A stretch of 64,000 bases of DNA from Acidobacteriota bacterium (GTDB taxonomy: Bacteria; Pseudomonadota; Gammaproteobacteria; Burkholderiales; Burkholderiaceae_C), in contig JBLNAI010000011.1 of NCBI GenBank assembly GCA_050259275.1, forward strand, positions 1,151-65,150, in the 5' to 3' direction. The position numbers were made by a program, and so were the translations under genes. Under the pieces are notes generated by a model. The model worked only from the letters and a program-made list of their open reading frames with translations, was not told where the DNA came from and made no database searches. Of the stretch, positions 35,758 to 46,170 are shown in pieces. Every line of letters begins with the position of its first letter. The first letter of the stretch is position 1.

Positions 35758-37101
35758 TCAGCGCATGTTCACCAGGGTCTGCAACACCTGGTCTTCGGTC
35801 TTGATGGTCTGCGCGTTGGCCTGGTACATCCGCTGCGCCACCATCATGTTGACCAGCTCGCCGGTCAGGTCGACGTTCGACTCTTCCAGTGCGCCAGATT
35901 GCAGAACGCCCAGGTTGCCGGCGCCGGGCACCCCCACGACGGGGTCCCCCGACGCATAGGTGCTGGACCACTCGTTCCCGCCCAGTGCCTGCAGGCCTTG
36001 CGGGTTGCGGAAGGTGGCCAACTCGACCTGGCCGGCGGGCTTGGATTGACCGTTGGAGTAACGGGCCATCACGATGCCGCTGGGGTCGATCGAGATGCTG
36101 GACAGCTGACCCGGCGCGTAGCCCGTCTGACCCAGATTGGTGACGCTGAACGAGGAGCCGTATTCGGTCGACTGCGACATGTCCAGCGTGATGCCCGTGA
36201 TCGGCTGCGTCAGTGCGCCACCGGTCATCGTCGCGGCGGGGATGGTCGGCAGCGTGAACATGCCATTGGTCACGGTCGATGTGACCGCGCCAGTGTTGTC
36301 ATAGGTCGAAATGGTGCCCGCATCGCCCGGGTTGGTCAGGCCACTGGTGTTGGTGGCCGTGCCGCCCGAGGCCGGGAAAGTCATCGAGGCCACGCGCAGC
36401 GGGTTCGGCGGAGAACCACCGTCATCCAGGATCGGCGTGCCGTTGGCGGTGGCGTACATGTCCCAGTTGTCAGGTGAGGACTTGACGAAGTAGTAGTTCA
36501 GGCTCACTGCCTGGCCCTTGGTGTCGTACAAGGTCTGCGATGTCGAGAAGTTGTAAGTGCGTGGGTCGGTGAAGTCCAGCGGCGTCTGGGTGGGCACGGC
36601 CTGGCGCGAGTCGAAGTTCATCTCCAGCGTGATCTCGTCGGTCGGGCGCGGTGCGATGCCCGAGGTGGGCAGTTGCAGCGGCGAGGCGGCGCCCGAGACG
36701 ATGGTGCCTTGCGTGTCGGCCTGATAGCCCAGCAGCTTGTGGCCCTGGTTGTTCACGATGAAACCTTCGCGGTCGACCTTGAACTGGCCGTTGCGGGTGT
36801 ACATCGTCGGCTTGACGCCGTCCTTGACCTGGAAGAAGCCATTGCCGTTGACCGCCAAGTCCATGGGGCTGTCGGTGGTGGTGATGTTGCCCTGCGTGAA
36901 CTGCTGCGAGACCGACGCCACGGTGGCACCAATCCCGACGTTGTTGGCGCCGGCACCGCTCAGCGCAGCGGCATACATGTCTGCAAACTCGGCGCGCGAT
37001 GCCTTGGCGCCGTAGGTCCCGGCATTGGCGACGTTGTTGCCAATGACTTCAAGGTTGCGGGAGGAGACGTTCAGACCGGAGAGACCTTGTTGGAAGCCCA
37101 T
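35758..37101 (-). CDS. flgE: Flagellar hook protein
   Basis: IGNNVANAGTYG; ALEESNVDLTGELV; QRMYQANAQTIKT. Confidence 0.96.
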   Translation of the reverse strand: MGFQQGLSGLNVSSRNLEVIGNNVANAGTYGAKASRAEFADMYAAALSGAGANNVGIGATVASVSQQFTQGNITTTDSPMDLAVNGNGFFQVKDGVKPTMYTRNGQFKVDREGFIVNNQGHKLLGYQADTQGTIVSGAASPLQLPTSGIAPRPTDEITLEMNFDSRQAVPTQTPLDFTDPRTYNFSTSQTLYDTKGQAVSLNYYFVKSSPDNWDMYATANGTPILDDGGSPPNPLRVASMTFPASGGTATNTSGLTNPGDAGTISTYDNTGAVTSTVTNGMFTLPTIPAATMTGGALTQPITGITLDMSQSTEYGSSFSVTNLGQTGYAPGQLSSISIDPSGIVMARYSNGQSKPAGQVELATFRNPQGLQALGGNEWSSTYASGDPVVGVPGAGNLGVLQSGALEESNVDLTGELVNMMVAQRMYQANAQTIKTEDQVLQTLVNMR

Positions 37102-37148
37102 GGTGTGATCCTTTCAATGCGAAGTAATGCTGGTTAATTGAGAGTTGA

Positions 37149-37820
37149 TCAACCCACGGCTTTGATCTTGCTGTAGGCCAAGGTGCCGCTGTTGCGCAGT
37201 TCCAGATTGACGCTGCCGGTGCTGCTGGTGCTGACCGCGTCGACCTGATCGAGCATCAAGGAGGTCGAGCCGATGTTGGTGTTGCCCGAGGTCGCCTTGA
37301 CGCGGAAAGTGAAGCTCTGATCGGCGCTGACGCCGTCTGGTGGCGTCCACGTGAATTCCTGGCGGCCTGCGGCCATCGTGCCCTTGTCCAGCGTGTCAAC
37401 CACATTGCCTGCGGAGGACAGCACTTCAACGGTCACGTTGCGCGCGTTGGCATCCAGATCGAAAGCGCCGCCGGCCTTGCCCGTGGTGTCCAGATTGAGC
37501 TGGTTGCCTTCGACCAGAACCTTGTGCCCGACGATATTGGCCGCCTGCAGCAACTGCATCTGCGACATGTTGCTGCCCACGTCCTTGACCGTGTTGTTGA
37601 GCTTGTCGATGCCGGTCACCGTGTTGATCTGCGCCATCTGGCTGGTGACCTGGGCGTTGTCCATCGGGTTGAGCGGGTCCTGGTTCTGCATCTGCGTGAC
37701 CAGGAGCTTGAGGAAGCGGTCTGCCGTGGCATCGGTGGTGCTGGTGGCGGAGGAGGACTTCTGGCTCGCCAGATAGGCGTCCAGACCGGTTGAACCGGAT
37801 GCGGCTGTGGTGGTGGTCAT
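37149..37820 (-). CDS. flgD: Flagellar hook capping protein
   Basis: FLKLLVTQMQNQDPLNPMDN. Confidence 0.96.
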   Translation of the reverse strand: MTTTTAASGSTGLDAYLASQKSSSATSTTDATADRFLKLLVTQMQNQDPLNPMDNAQVTSQMAQINTVTGIDKLNNTVKDVGSNMSQMQLLQAANIVGHKVLVEGNQLNLDTTGKAGGAFDLDANARNVTVEVLSSAGNVVDTLDKGTMAAGRQEFTWTPPDGVSADQSFTFRVKATSGNTNIGSTSLMLDQVDAVSTSSTGSVNLELRNSGTLAYSKIKAVG

Positions 37821-37845
37821 GTCGAGGCCTTTTCGTTAGCGGGGG

Positions 37846-38256
37846 TTAGCTGCCTTGACCCATTTGCAGGGTCTTCATCAGCAGGCTCTTGGTCGTGTTC
37901 ATGACCTCGATGTTGTTTTGATAGGAGCGGGAAGCGGAGATCATGTTGACCATCTCTTCCACGGTGTTGACGTTGCTGTAGGTCACGTAGCCATCGGCAT
38001 CGGCTTGCGGATGCTTGGGGTCCAGCACACGGCGACCGGGGCTGTTGTCCTCGGTCACTTGTGAGACCGTCACGCCCGCCGTACCCACGTCGCCCATCGG
38101 CGTGGTGCTGAACACCACCTGCCGGGCCTTGTAGGGCGAGCGATCGGGGCCAGCCACGGTGTCCGCGTTGGCCAGGTTGGAGGCGACCACGTTCAGTCGC
38201 TGCGACTGCGCACTGACTGCGCTGCCTGAGACGTTGAAGATCTTGAACATCGACAT
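37846..38256 (-). CDS. flgC: Flagellar basal-body rod protein
   Basis: RLNVVASNLANAD; HPQADADGYV. Confidence 0.97.
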   Translation of the reverse strand: MSMFKIFNVSGSAVSAQSQRLNVVASNLANADTVAGPDRSPYKARQVVFSTTPMGDVGTAGVTVSQVTEDNSPGRRVLDPKHPQADADGYVTYSNVNTVEEMVNMISASRSYQNNIEVMNTTKSLLMKTLQMGQGS

Positions 38257-38267
38257 GGCGATCTCCT

Positions 38268-38708
38268 TTATTGACCCGTGATGGCCGTGTTGAGCGTGCG
38301 CACTTGCGAGTTGATGAAGCGCAGGGTGGCTTCGTATCGCACCGTGTTGTCGGCGAAGTTGGCGCGTTCGCGGTCCAGATCCACCGTGTTGCTGTCCAGA
38401 TTGGTCTGCGAAGCGCTGGCGTAGCCCAGTTCAGGCTGGGCACGGCTGCCAGCCGGTGCGCCACCCAGTCCCAGATGCCCGGGATGGGCTCCGGCCAGTT
38501 GCAGGCGGGTGCCGGTGGCCACGGCCGAGTCACCGGCCGAACGCTGCCCGGTGGCCTGACGCAGGGCAGACGAGAAGTCGAAGTCCTTGCTCACATAGCC
38601 AGGCGTGTCCGCGTTGGCGATGTTGCTGGCAATCAGGCGTTGGCGTTCCGAGCGCAAGGCAAGCGCTTCGGACTGGAAGTTCAAGGTGTCGGTCAATCTG
38701 TTCAACAT
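38268..38708 (-). CDS. flgB: Flagellar basal-body rod protein
   Basis: RQRLIASNIANADTPGY; NTVDLDRE; SD GGAG before the ATG at 38708. Confidence 0.96.
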   Translation of the reverse strand: MLNRLTDTLNFQSEALALRSERQRLIASNIANADTPGYVSKDFDFSSALRQATGQRSAGDSAVATGTRLQLAGAHPGHLGLGGAPAGSRAQPELGYASASQTNLDSNTVDLDRERANFADNTVRYEATLRFINSQVRTLNTAITGQ

Positions 38709-38836
38709 GGCGTATCTCCACGCAGCTTGCTGGACATGTTGATCGCTTGAAGGGAAAACATGAGCCTGAATAAACGGGGTTTCCCGCCTCATTTCCCACC
38801 CTTGGCTTGCGCTCAGATCCGTAGAGTCAACTCACC

Positions 38837-39619
38837 ATGAATCCGACTCTCACCCCCCTTCAGACATCCCGCGCAGCATGGCGTTCGGTGGCGTTGCTCC
38901 GGGCCTGGCTGTGGGCGGTGATGACATGTGCCATCTGTTTGGCTGGTTCCGGTTCCGCCTCGGCGCAACCGGACACGCTGCAGGCGACGATCGAGGACTT
39001 TGTGCGGCACCAGTCCAGCTCGGCCGCCGAAGCCGCCCCGGCCGTTGAAGACCAGCGCGCCCGCCGTGTCGAGGTCGAACTGGGGCAGCTGGACCCCCGA
39101 CTCAAGCTGGCGCCCTGTGACAAAGTGCGCGCTTACGTGCCCACCGGCTCGCCCTTGTGGGGTCGCAGCCGGGTGGGGCTGCGTTGCGAGCAAGGCGCGA
39201 CCCGCTGGAATGTGTTCTGGCCCGTGACGGTCAAGGTCTTCGGTCAAGCGCTGGTGGCCGTGGTGCCTTTGCGCCCCGGTGCCCTGGTCAATGCTGCGGA
39301 TTTGCGCGTGGCCGAAGTGGATCTGGCCGCCAACCCTTCACCTGCTGTGGTCAATCTGACCGACATCGTGGGCCGTGCAGTTGTGCGCAACATCGAGCCC
39401 GGTCAAAGCATCCGGCAGGAAGACATCAAGCTGCGCCGCTGGTTTGCGGCCGGAGATCCGGTTCAACTTGTGGTCAAAGGTTCAGGTTTTCAGATCTCAT
39501 CCGAGGGGACGGCGTTGACGCCCGGAGACGAGGGGCGCTGCGCCCGGGTTCGCACCGATAATGGACGTGTTGTATGCGCCCAGCCCGTGGGCGATCGGCG
39601 GGTGGAGTTGGTCTTATGA
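38837..39619 (+). CDS. flgA: Flagellar P-ring chaperone
   Basis: Divergent from flgB; LDPRLKLAPC, GRSRVGLRC, a SAF domain. Confidence 0.93.
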   Translation: MNPTLTPLQTSRAAWRSVALLRAWLWAVMTCAICLAGSGSASAQPDTLQATIEDFVRHQSSSAAEAAPAVEDQRARRVEVELGQLDPRLKLAPCDKVRAYVPTGSPLWGRSRVGLRCEQGATRWNVFWPVTVKVFGQALVAVVPLRPGALVNAADLRVAEVDLAANPSPAVVNLTDIVGRAVVRNIEPGQSIRQEDIKLRRWFAAGDPVQLVVKGSGFQISSEGTALTPGDEGRCARVRTDNGRVVCAQPVGDRRVELVL

Positions 39620-39673
39620 AACAATTCTTGCCGATTGCACCCCCCTGTCCAAGGGGGTTTCGGCGTTTGGCAT

Positions 39674-39700
39674 TAAAGTCATTGCAGCCCGCGTCGATAT
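39674..39700 (+). promoter_or_regulatory. Sigma-28 (FliA) promoter of flgMN
   Basis: TAAA (39674-39677), 15-nt spacer, GTCGATAT (39693-39700); consensus is TAAA-N15-GCCGATAA. Confidence 0.8.
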
Positions 39701-39746
39701 CGCGGATGTGACCACTCGGAAACTGTCCGAGACAAAGGAGTACATC

Positions 39747-40052
39747 ATGAAGATCGGCAACCCTATTGATAAAGCAACCGGCGGCTCCGCGAGCCAACGG
39801 ACTGAGGGCGCCACCACCTCGGCTTCGGGCAAGACCACGTCCTTGGACGGCGGCGTGTCCCAAAGCGCGAAAGTTTCTCTGTCGCCCATGGCTGCGAGCC
39901 TGATTTCTGGCAACGACCCTGATTTTGACGCCAACAAGGTCGACAAGATCAAGCAATCCATCGACGACGGCACCTACCAGGTCGACGCGGAAGTCATTGC
40001 TGACAAGCTCATCGCCAACGCGCAGGAACTTCTGAAGCGCAGCAGCAACTGA
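39747..40052 (+). CDS. flgM: Anti-sigma-28 factor
   Basis: MKIGN, SAKVSLS, FDANKVDKIKQSIDDGTYQVDAEVIADKL; SD AAAGGAG. Confidence 0.94.
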   Translation: MKIGNPIDKATGGSASQRTEGATTSASGKTTSLDGGVSQSAKVSLSPMAASLISGNDPDFDANKVDKIKQSIDDGTYQVDAEVIADKLIANAQELLKRSSN

Positions 40053-40071
40053 TTCGTGTGATCGTACACAG

Positions 40072-40473
40072 ATGACCGAGTCTGCTCGTCCGCAATCCGT
40101 GGCTCACGCACTGGATCTGTCTGCCCATGTGACAGACATCGAGACGTGCCTGAGTGCGCTGGACGCCGCCCTGGTGGCGGGCGATTCTGCCGCCATCGAA
40201 GAGGTGGGGCAGCGGCTGCAGCGCAGTCTGGCCGATTCACTGGCCGCCTTTCGGCATGCCACGCACGAAGGCAAAGTGCCCTTGAGCCCTGAGCTCAAGC
40301 AGCGGCTGATGCTGGCGCAATCGCGCATCACCGCCCAGCAGGCGCTGGTTCACCGCTCGGGTGCAGCCATTGAGCGCACGCTCAACATCCTGCTGCCCCG
40401 TGAAGAGTCGCCGACTTACGGCGCGCCCGGGCCCGGTCCGGCAGGCCGGGTGGCCAACGCCTACAAGTCGTGA
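40072..40473 (+). CDS. flgN: Flagellar export chaperone FlgN-like
   Basis: Follows flgM; helical protein with a C-terminal TYG motif. Confidence 0.7.
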   Translation: MTESARPQSVAHALDLSAHVTDIETCLSALDAALVAGDSAAIEEVGQRLQRSLADSLAAFRHATHEGKVPLSPELKQRLMLAQSRITAQQALVHRSGAAIERTLNILLPREESPTYGAPGPGPAGRVANAYKS

Positions 40474-40483
40474 CCTCGGGGCC

Positions 40484-42211
40484 TCAGCCCTGCGACAGGC
40501 CTTCCGCCATTCCTTCGACCATGAGCTGGACGCGCTGACGTCCCTGGTATTCGTCCAGGCAGACGCGGAACGCCAATTGCGTTTTGGCCGGCAGGGGCTC
40601 GGTGCGGCCAAACCAGATGCCATCACGCACCTGTCCCTGGACGCGCAGGCTGAGCTTGAGGTGGCGCTCGCCCACCAGGCGCTGCCCGATCACATCCACC
40701 TCGTCACTGAAGACCGGCGGCTCGAAGCCCGGTCCCCAGACTGCGGTGTCCAACGCCGCCACCGTTTCAGCGCTGAACCATTGCGCATCCAGCGGGCCAT
40801 CGGTGCTGATCTGGCGGGCCAGCAAACTCGGGTTCAGGCACTCATCGGCCACCTGCTGCAGGGCGGCATCAAAGGTGTCAAAGTCTTCTTCGCCAATGGT
40901 GCAACCTGCTGCCATGGCGTGCCCCCCGAACTTTCTGAGCAGGCCGGGGTGGCGTTTGCTGACCAGGTCCAGCGCATCACGCAGGTGAAAGCCCGGGATC
41001 GAGCGGCCCGAGCCTTTGAGCAGGCCGTCCTGCCCCAGCGCGAACACGAAAGTTGGCCGATGCAGCCGGTCTTTCAGGCGCGAAGCGACGATGCCCACAA
41101 CGCCTTCATGAAATTCGGGATCGAAGATGGCGATGGCGGCAGGCGGCTCGCCTTCCGGCATCAGTGATTCAAGCAGTTGTTCGGCCTGATCGCGCATGCC
41201 GCTTTCCAGCTCGCGGCGTTCGCGGTTGATGGCATCGAGTTGGCGGGCCAGCTCGGTGGCGCGGGTGGGGGCGTCGCAACTCAGGCATTCGATGCCCAGC
41301 CCCATCTCGGCCAGACGGCCTGCGGCGTTGACACGCGGGCCCAGGGCAAAGCCAAAGTCCTGGCTGCTGGCCTTGGCCGGATCGCGCCCGGCGGCTTGGA
41401 ACAGCGCGGCGATGCCGGCTTGCATGCGGCCACTGCGAATGCGCTTGAGGCCCAGGCCCACCAGGCGGCGGTTGTTGGCGTCGAGCTTGCCCACGTCGGC
41501 GATGGTGCCCAGCGCGACCAGATCCAGCAGGGCGTCGATCCGGGGTTGCTGGGCGGCTTCGAATGCGCCACGCTGGCGCAGTTCGGCCCGCAGCGCCAAC
41601 AGCACGTAGAACATCACGCCCACGCCCACCAGCGCCTTGCTGGCAAAGGCGCAGTCGGGCTGATTGGGGTTCACGATCACATCGGCGTCGGGCAGGCTGA
41701 CCTCGCCTTGATCGGTCACGACCGGCAAATGGTGATCGGTAATGATGACCTTCAAGCCCAGCGCATGGGCCTTGAGAACGGCTTCATGGCTGGCCATGCC
41801 GTTGTCGACCGTCACGAGGACTTGGGCTTGTTTGGCATGGACCAGATCCACGATGGGAGGAGTCAGGCCATAGCCATGCAAGGCCCGGTCTGGCACGACG
41901 TAATCCACATGCTGCGCCCCCAGCATGCGCAGACCGCGCAGCGCTACCGCGCAGGCGGTTGCACCATCGCAGTCGTAGTCCGCCACGATGCAAATGCGCT
42001 GGCCCTGCTCGATGGCATCGGCCAGCATCACCGCCGCCTGGGCCGCGCCCTTCAGATCGGTGGGGGGCAGCAGCTTGGCTGGCGTGTCGTCCAGCTCTTC
42101 TGAGGTGCGCACGCCACGCGCAGCAAACAGGCGGGCCAACAAGGGGTGGACGCCGGATTGCTCCAGGCTCCAGGCCGCACGGGGCGGCACATCACGGGCA
42201 ACAAGGTTCAT
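40484..42211 (-). CDS. recJ: Single-stranded DNA exonuclease RecJ
   Basis: DHH motifs DYDCDG, TVDNG, TDHH, LGTIAD, GSGRS, GGHAMAAG. Confidence 0.97.
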   Translation of the reverse strand: MNLVARDVPPRAAWSLEQSGVHPLLARLFAARGVRTSEELDDTPAKLLPPTDLKGAAQAAVMLADAIEQGQRICIVADYDCDGATACAVALRGLRMLGAQHVDYVVPDRALHGYGLTPPIVDLVHAKQAQVLVTVDNGMASHEAVLKAHALGLKVIITDHHLPVVTDQGEVSLPDADVIVNPNQPDCAFASKALVGVGVMFYVLLALRAELRQRGAFEAAQQPRIDALLDLVALGTIADVGKLDANNRRLVGLGLKRIRSGRMQAGIAALFQAAGRDPAKASSQDFGFALGPRVNAAGRLAEMGLGIECLSCDAPTRATELARQLDAINRERRELESGMRDQAEQLLESLMPEGEPPAAIAIFDPEFHEGVVGIVASRLKDRLHRPTFVFALGQDGLLKGSGRSIPGFHLRDALDLVSKRHPGLLRKFGGHAMAAGCTIGEEDFDTFDAALQQVADECLNPSLLARQISTDGPLDAQWFSAETVAALDTAVWGPGFEPPVFSDEVDVIGQRLVGERHLKLSLRVQGQVRDGIWFGRTEPLPAKTQLAFRVCLDEYQGRQRVQLMVEGMAEGLSQG

Positions 42212-43206
42212 AAATCTTTCAGCAAGGCATTCAGATCGGGCTGAGGGCGGGGCAGTATCTGGCGCACGATCTGTCGCAGCCGGTCAGCCCAGGTACGGAC
42301 TGGACTGGCGCCCCAGGTCTGGGCGTGGCGCTCGCCACAGAGGGTCAACAAGAGGGGCTCGCCTTCGTCCAACTGGGCCAGCGCGTCTTTCAGCACGGTG
42401 GCATCCAGCTTGGCCCAGGCTTGCAGCCAGGCGGTCATGTCGTCGCTCAACATGGGTTGGCGCAGCGTCGTGATCAGCTGGATGTTCTGCGCCTTGGGTG
42501 CTCCGCCGGGTGGGTTGCCCTCGGGCAGCTGGCCACAGCCGCTGAGCCAGAACGAATTGACGGTCAGGGCGCCTCGCTCCTGGCGCGCATCGTGCAGGGG
42601 ATGCTGGTACACCAGCATCTGGACCTCGCTTTGCAGCCGCCGCACCTGGCGCGCTTGCGGGTGATCGGTCAACCACACATCGGGGTTGCGGCCGATGACC
42701 CGGTCGAGCGAGGCGGTGGGCAGGTCTTGGAGAGAGGGGTGAGACACATACCAACGGGTCGGCGTGCCCCAGCGCAACGTCCACCCGTCGCTTTCGAACA
42801 GCGGCGTGATGGCTTGCAGCAACTCCCGCGATTCGGCCTCCGTCAATGCCAGCGCTTGCGGGTCCAGCATGGTCAGGTGGTCGCGGCCCATCAGCCAGTG
42901 ACAGGGGTGGATCACACCCCAAGGTTGATGCGCATCCAGCGTGATGCCATCCTGGCGTGCCCACCAAGTGGCCCAGGGGGCGCTCACGGCAGGCCAGCCC
43001 ATCTGCCGGGCCAACAGTTTTTCGTGCGGCATGGCCAGGTCGAACTCATCACCTTCCAGACGCTCGACCGGCGTCAGGCGCCTGAGCAACTGCTTCAAGT
43101 GCGGCAGGGCCGGGTCCTGACCGAGTCGGGGCAGGGCCTGCTGGCAGGGCTCGGACAGGCTGGATGCAAAGGGCAGGATCCAGTGGGTGACGGGTGGGGC
43201 AGACAT
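42208..43206 (-). CDS. Conserved protein upstream of recJ (phosphoglycerate mutase-like C-terminal region)
   Basis: PCHWLMGRDH, RRLQSEVQMLVY, VNSFWLSGCG; position beside recJ is typical of Burkholderiales. Confidence 0.7.
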   Translation of the reverse strand: MSAPPVTHWILPFASSLSEPCQQALPRLGQDPALPHLKQLLRRLTPVERLEGDEFDLAMPHEKLLARQMGWPAVSAPWATWWARQDGITLDAHQPWGVIHPCHWLMGRDHLTMLDPQALALTEAESRELLQAITPLFESDGWTLRWGTPTRWYVSHPSLQDLPTASLDRVIGRNPDVWLTDHPQARQVRRLQSEVQMLVYQHPLHDARQERGALTVNSFWLSGCGQLPEGNPPGGAPKAQNIQLITTLRQPMLSDDMTAWLQAWAKLDATVLKDALAQLDEGEPLLLTLCGERHAQTWGASPVRTWADRLRQIVRQILPRPQPDLNALLKDL

Positions 43207-43240
43207 GAGGGGATTATCGAATGAGTACACTCCTGCCACC

Positions 43241-44491
43241 ATGAACCTACCTTATGAATGGCGTGTTGGGTGGCGTTATACGCGAGCCGGACGCAGCGAT
43301 CGCCGCAATGGCTTCATTTCTTTCATCTCTGGCGTGTCCATTCTGGGCATTGCGCTGGGGGTGGCGGCCCTGATCATTGTGCTGTCGGTGATGAATGGCT
43401 TCCAGAAGGAAGTCCGAGACCGCATGCTGTCGGTGGTCGCGCACATCGAACTGTATGACGCCCAGGGTGGCCCGCTGGCCGATTGGCGGCAACTGGCTGA
43501 GCAGGCCCGCCTCAACCCGGCTGTGATCGGCGCCGCGCCGTTTGTGCCCGCGCAGGCGCTGATCGCCCGTGGCGACGACATGCGCGGTGTGATGGTGCGC
43601 GGCATCGACCCCGCGCAAGAGGCCCAGGTGACCCCGTTGGCTGCCCGCATGCTGCCGGTTTTCTCGCGTCTGACCGCCGGTGGCTGGGGCGTGGTGCTGG
43701 GGTCGGAATTGGCCCGCAGCCTGGGCGTGCGCGAAGGCGACACCATCACGTTGGTGGCGCCCAGTGGGCAGGTTACCCCGGCTGGTGTGGTGCCGCGCCT
43801 CAAACAGGTCACGGTGGTGGGGCTGTTTGAAGCGGGCCACTACGAATACGACTCGGGCATGGCTTTGATGAATGCCCAGGACGCGGCCAAGCTGTTTCGC
43901 ACGGGCGGCATGTCGGGCGTGCAGTTGAAGCTGCGTGATCCCCAATCGGCGCGCCGCGTGGGCGACGAACTGGCGCAGGCCATGCCACAGGTGATCGTGC
44001 GCGACTGGACGCACACCAACCGCAACTGGTTCGAAGCCGTGCAAGTCGAAAAGCGCATGATGTTCATCATCCTGACGCTGATCGTGGCCGTGGCGGCTTT
44101 CAATCTCGTGTCCACCCTCGTGATGACCGTGACGGACAAGCGTGCCGACATCGCCATCTTGCGCACCCTGGGCGCCAGCCCGCGCTCGATCATGGGGATC
44201 TTCATGGTGCAGGGCGCCTTGTCGGGTTTTCTCGGCACGCTCGGTGGCCTGGGACTGGGGCTGCTGGTGGCCTTCAACATCGACGTCATCGTGCCGGCCA
44301 TCGAGCGCCTCTTAGGGGTCAGTTTTCTGCCCGGCAGCATCTACCTGATCAGCAAGATGCCCAGCGATCCCCAGTGGTCGGACATCCTGCCCATTACCGT
44401 GATTTCTCTGGTGCTGTCGCTGGTGGCGACGGTGTACCCCAGCTGGCGTGCCAGCCGAGTCCAACCCGCGGAGGCCCTGCGTTATGAATGA
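43241..44491 (+). CDS. lolC: Lipoprotein-releasing ABC transporter permease LolC/E
   Basis: VLSVMNGFQKE, VAAFNLVSTL, DIAILRTLGA, PAEALRYE. Confidence 0.95.
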   Translation: MNLPYEWRVGWRYTRAGRSDRRNGFISFISGVSILGIALGVAALIIVLSVMNGFQKEVRDRMLSVVAHIELYDAQGGPLADWRQLAEQARLNPAVIGAAPFVPAQALIARGDDMRGVMVRGIDPAQEAQVTPLAARMLPVFSRLTAGGWGVVLGSELARSLGVREGDTITLVAPSGQVTPAGVVPRLKQVTVVGLFEAGHYEYDSGMALMNAQDAAKLFRTGGMSGVQLKLRDPQSARRVGDELAQAMPQVIVRDWTHTNRNWFEAVQVEKRMMFIILTLIVAVAAFNLVSTLVMTVTDKRADIAILRTLGASPRSIMGIFMVQGALSGFLGTLGGLGLGLLVAFNIDVIVPAIERLLGVSFLPGSIYLISKMPSDPQWSDILPITVISLVLSLVATVYPSWRASRVQPAEALRYE

Positions 44492-45257
44492 AGCCCATTC
44501 CTTGCCCAAGACACCCCTGCGGGTCCGCAAGGTTCACCCCTTGCGCGCCTGGATCTGGCTGGTGCGGGGCTGGAGCGACTTCATGGATGCCCCTCAAATC
44601 GGCCTGCTGCATGGCCTGGCCGCCGCGGCCTTTGGTGGGCTGGTGTTGTGGCTGGCCTGGGATCGCTTCTGGGTCCTGGCGGGGGCGTTTTCGGGCTTCC
44701 TGCTGGTGGGGCCCGTCCTGGCCACTGGCCTGTATGCGATCAGCCGGGCCTTGCAACGGGGCGAGCCGGCGAATTTCTCAACGGTGTGGGCGGTGTGGGC
44801 ATCGCTGGATCGCCGCCTGGTGCAATTCGGCCTGTTGTTGACGGCGCTGGGCTCCAGCTGGGTGCTCACCTCGGCGGCCCTGATCAGCCTGGGTGTGCAT
44901 CCCCCTGTGACCACCCCTTCGGACTTTCTGCACCGGGTGGTGATGGCGCCTCAACCCGGTCTGTTTGAAATGTGGTTGCTCATCGGTGCCCTGATGGCGG
45001 CCCCGGTGTTCGCCTCCAGCGTGATCGCCATCCCCTTGCTGATGGATCGGCGCGTGGGCGTGCAGCGCGCTGTGCTGACCAGTTGGCGTGCCGTGATGGC
45101 CAACCCCGTTGCCACGGGCTTGTGGGCGGGCGTGGTCATGGTGCTGACCCTGCTGGGCCTGGCGACCTTGATGTTCGGATTGATTCTGGTGATGCCTGTG
45201 TTGGGCCATGCCAGCTGGCATGCCTACCGCGACCTGGTGGTGCGCGAGAAAGAGTGA
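44488..45257 (+). CDS. Integral membrane protein (DUF2189-like)
   Basis: WLVRGWSDF, GLYAISRAL, SVIAIPLLMDR, PVLGHASWHAYRDLV. Confidence 0.82.
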
Positions 45258-45258
45258 G

Positions 45259-45468
45259 ATGTTTGGATTGACAGAAGAGCAGATCGCTCAGCTCGGCCTG
45301 ACGGTCGGTGTGGGGGGCTTCATCCTCTACATGTTCGTCATCATCTGGAAGTTGGCCAAAGAGTCCAACGCGGGGCGCTTCGGCACCTTTGTCCTGTTTG
45401 TTGTCCTGGGTTTTGGCATGCTGGGCTTCATCGCCAAGAACGTCATCGCCTGGTTGCTTCACATTTGA
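45259..45468 (+). CDS. Small membrane protein (DUF2788-like)
   Basis: FIIWKLAKES.AGRFGT-type motif; two TM segments. Confidence 0.8.
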   Translation: MFGLTEEQIAQLGLTVGVGGFILYMFVIIWKLAKESNAGRFGTFVLFVVLGFGMLGFIAKNVIAWLLHI

Positions 45469-45480
45469 ACGGATCGATGC

Positions 45481-46161
45481 ATGTCTGAAGCCGTCATCTT
45501 GCAAGCCCAGGGGCTCGTCAAGCGATTTCACGAAGGCCCGCTGGATGTGACCATCCTGCATGGTGTGGACCTGACCGTTCAGCGGGGCCAGACCATTGCG
45601 GTGGTCGGCGCCTCGGGATCAGGCAAGAGCACCTTGTTGCACCTGTTGGGCGGGCTGGATGCGCCCACCGCCGGGTCGGTCAGCCTGATGGGCCGTCCCT
45701 GGTCCGGGATGAACCCCGCAGAGCAGGGCGCCTGGCGCAACCAGCATCTGGGGTTCATCTACCAGTTCCATCACCTGTTGCCTGAATTCACGGCGCTGGA
45801 CAACGTCGCCATGCCCTGGCTGATCCGGCGCGAGCCCATGGAGCAGGCCCGAGAAAAAGCCCGAGCCTGGCTGGCCCGGGTGGGATTGGCACAGCGCTGC
45901 GAGCACCGCCCCGCCGAGTTGTCGGGTGGCGAGCGCCAACGGGTGGCCGTGGCACGCGCCCTGGTCACGCAGCCTGCCTGTGTCATGGCGGACGAGCCCA
46001 CCGGCAACCTCGATCGCGGAACGGCTGACGCCGTGTTCGATCTGATGCTGCAACTGGCGGCCGATCAAGGCACTGCCGTCGTCATGGTCACGCACGACGC
46101 CAGCCTCGCATCCCGCTGCGATCAGCGACACACCCTGGTCAGCGGACGATTTGCACGTTAA
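45481..46161 (+). CDS. lolD: Lipoprotein-releasing ABC transporter ATPase
   Basis: [49 protein letters not shown]. Confidence 0.95.
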   Translation: MSEAVILQAQGLVKRFHEGPLDVTILHGVDLTVQRGQTIAVVGASGSGKSTLLHLLGGLDAPTAGSVSLMGRPWSGMNPAEQGAWRNQHLGFIYQFHHLLPEFTALDNVAMPWLIRREPMEQAREKARAWLARVGLAQRCEHRPAELSGGERQRVAVARALVTQPACVMADEPTGNLDRGTADAVFDLMLQLAADQGTAVVMVTHDASLASRCDQRHTLVSGRFAR

Positions 46162-46170
46162 GGTGGGGGC

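Noticed and set aside
28213-40473. Flagellar cluster as a novel or second (lateral) system
   Set aside because: Gene order (flgN-M-A / flgB-L) and the sigma-28 promoter are the standard betaproteobacterial arrangement.
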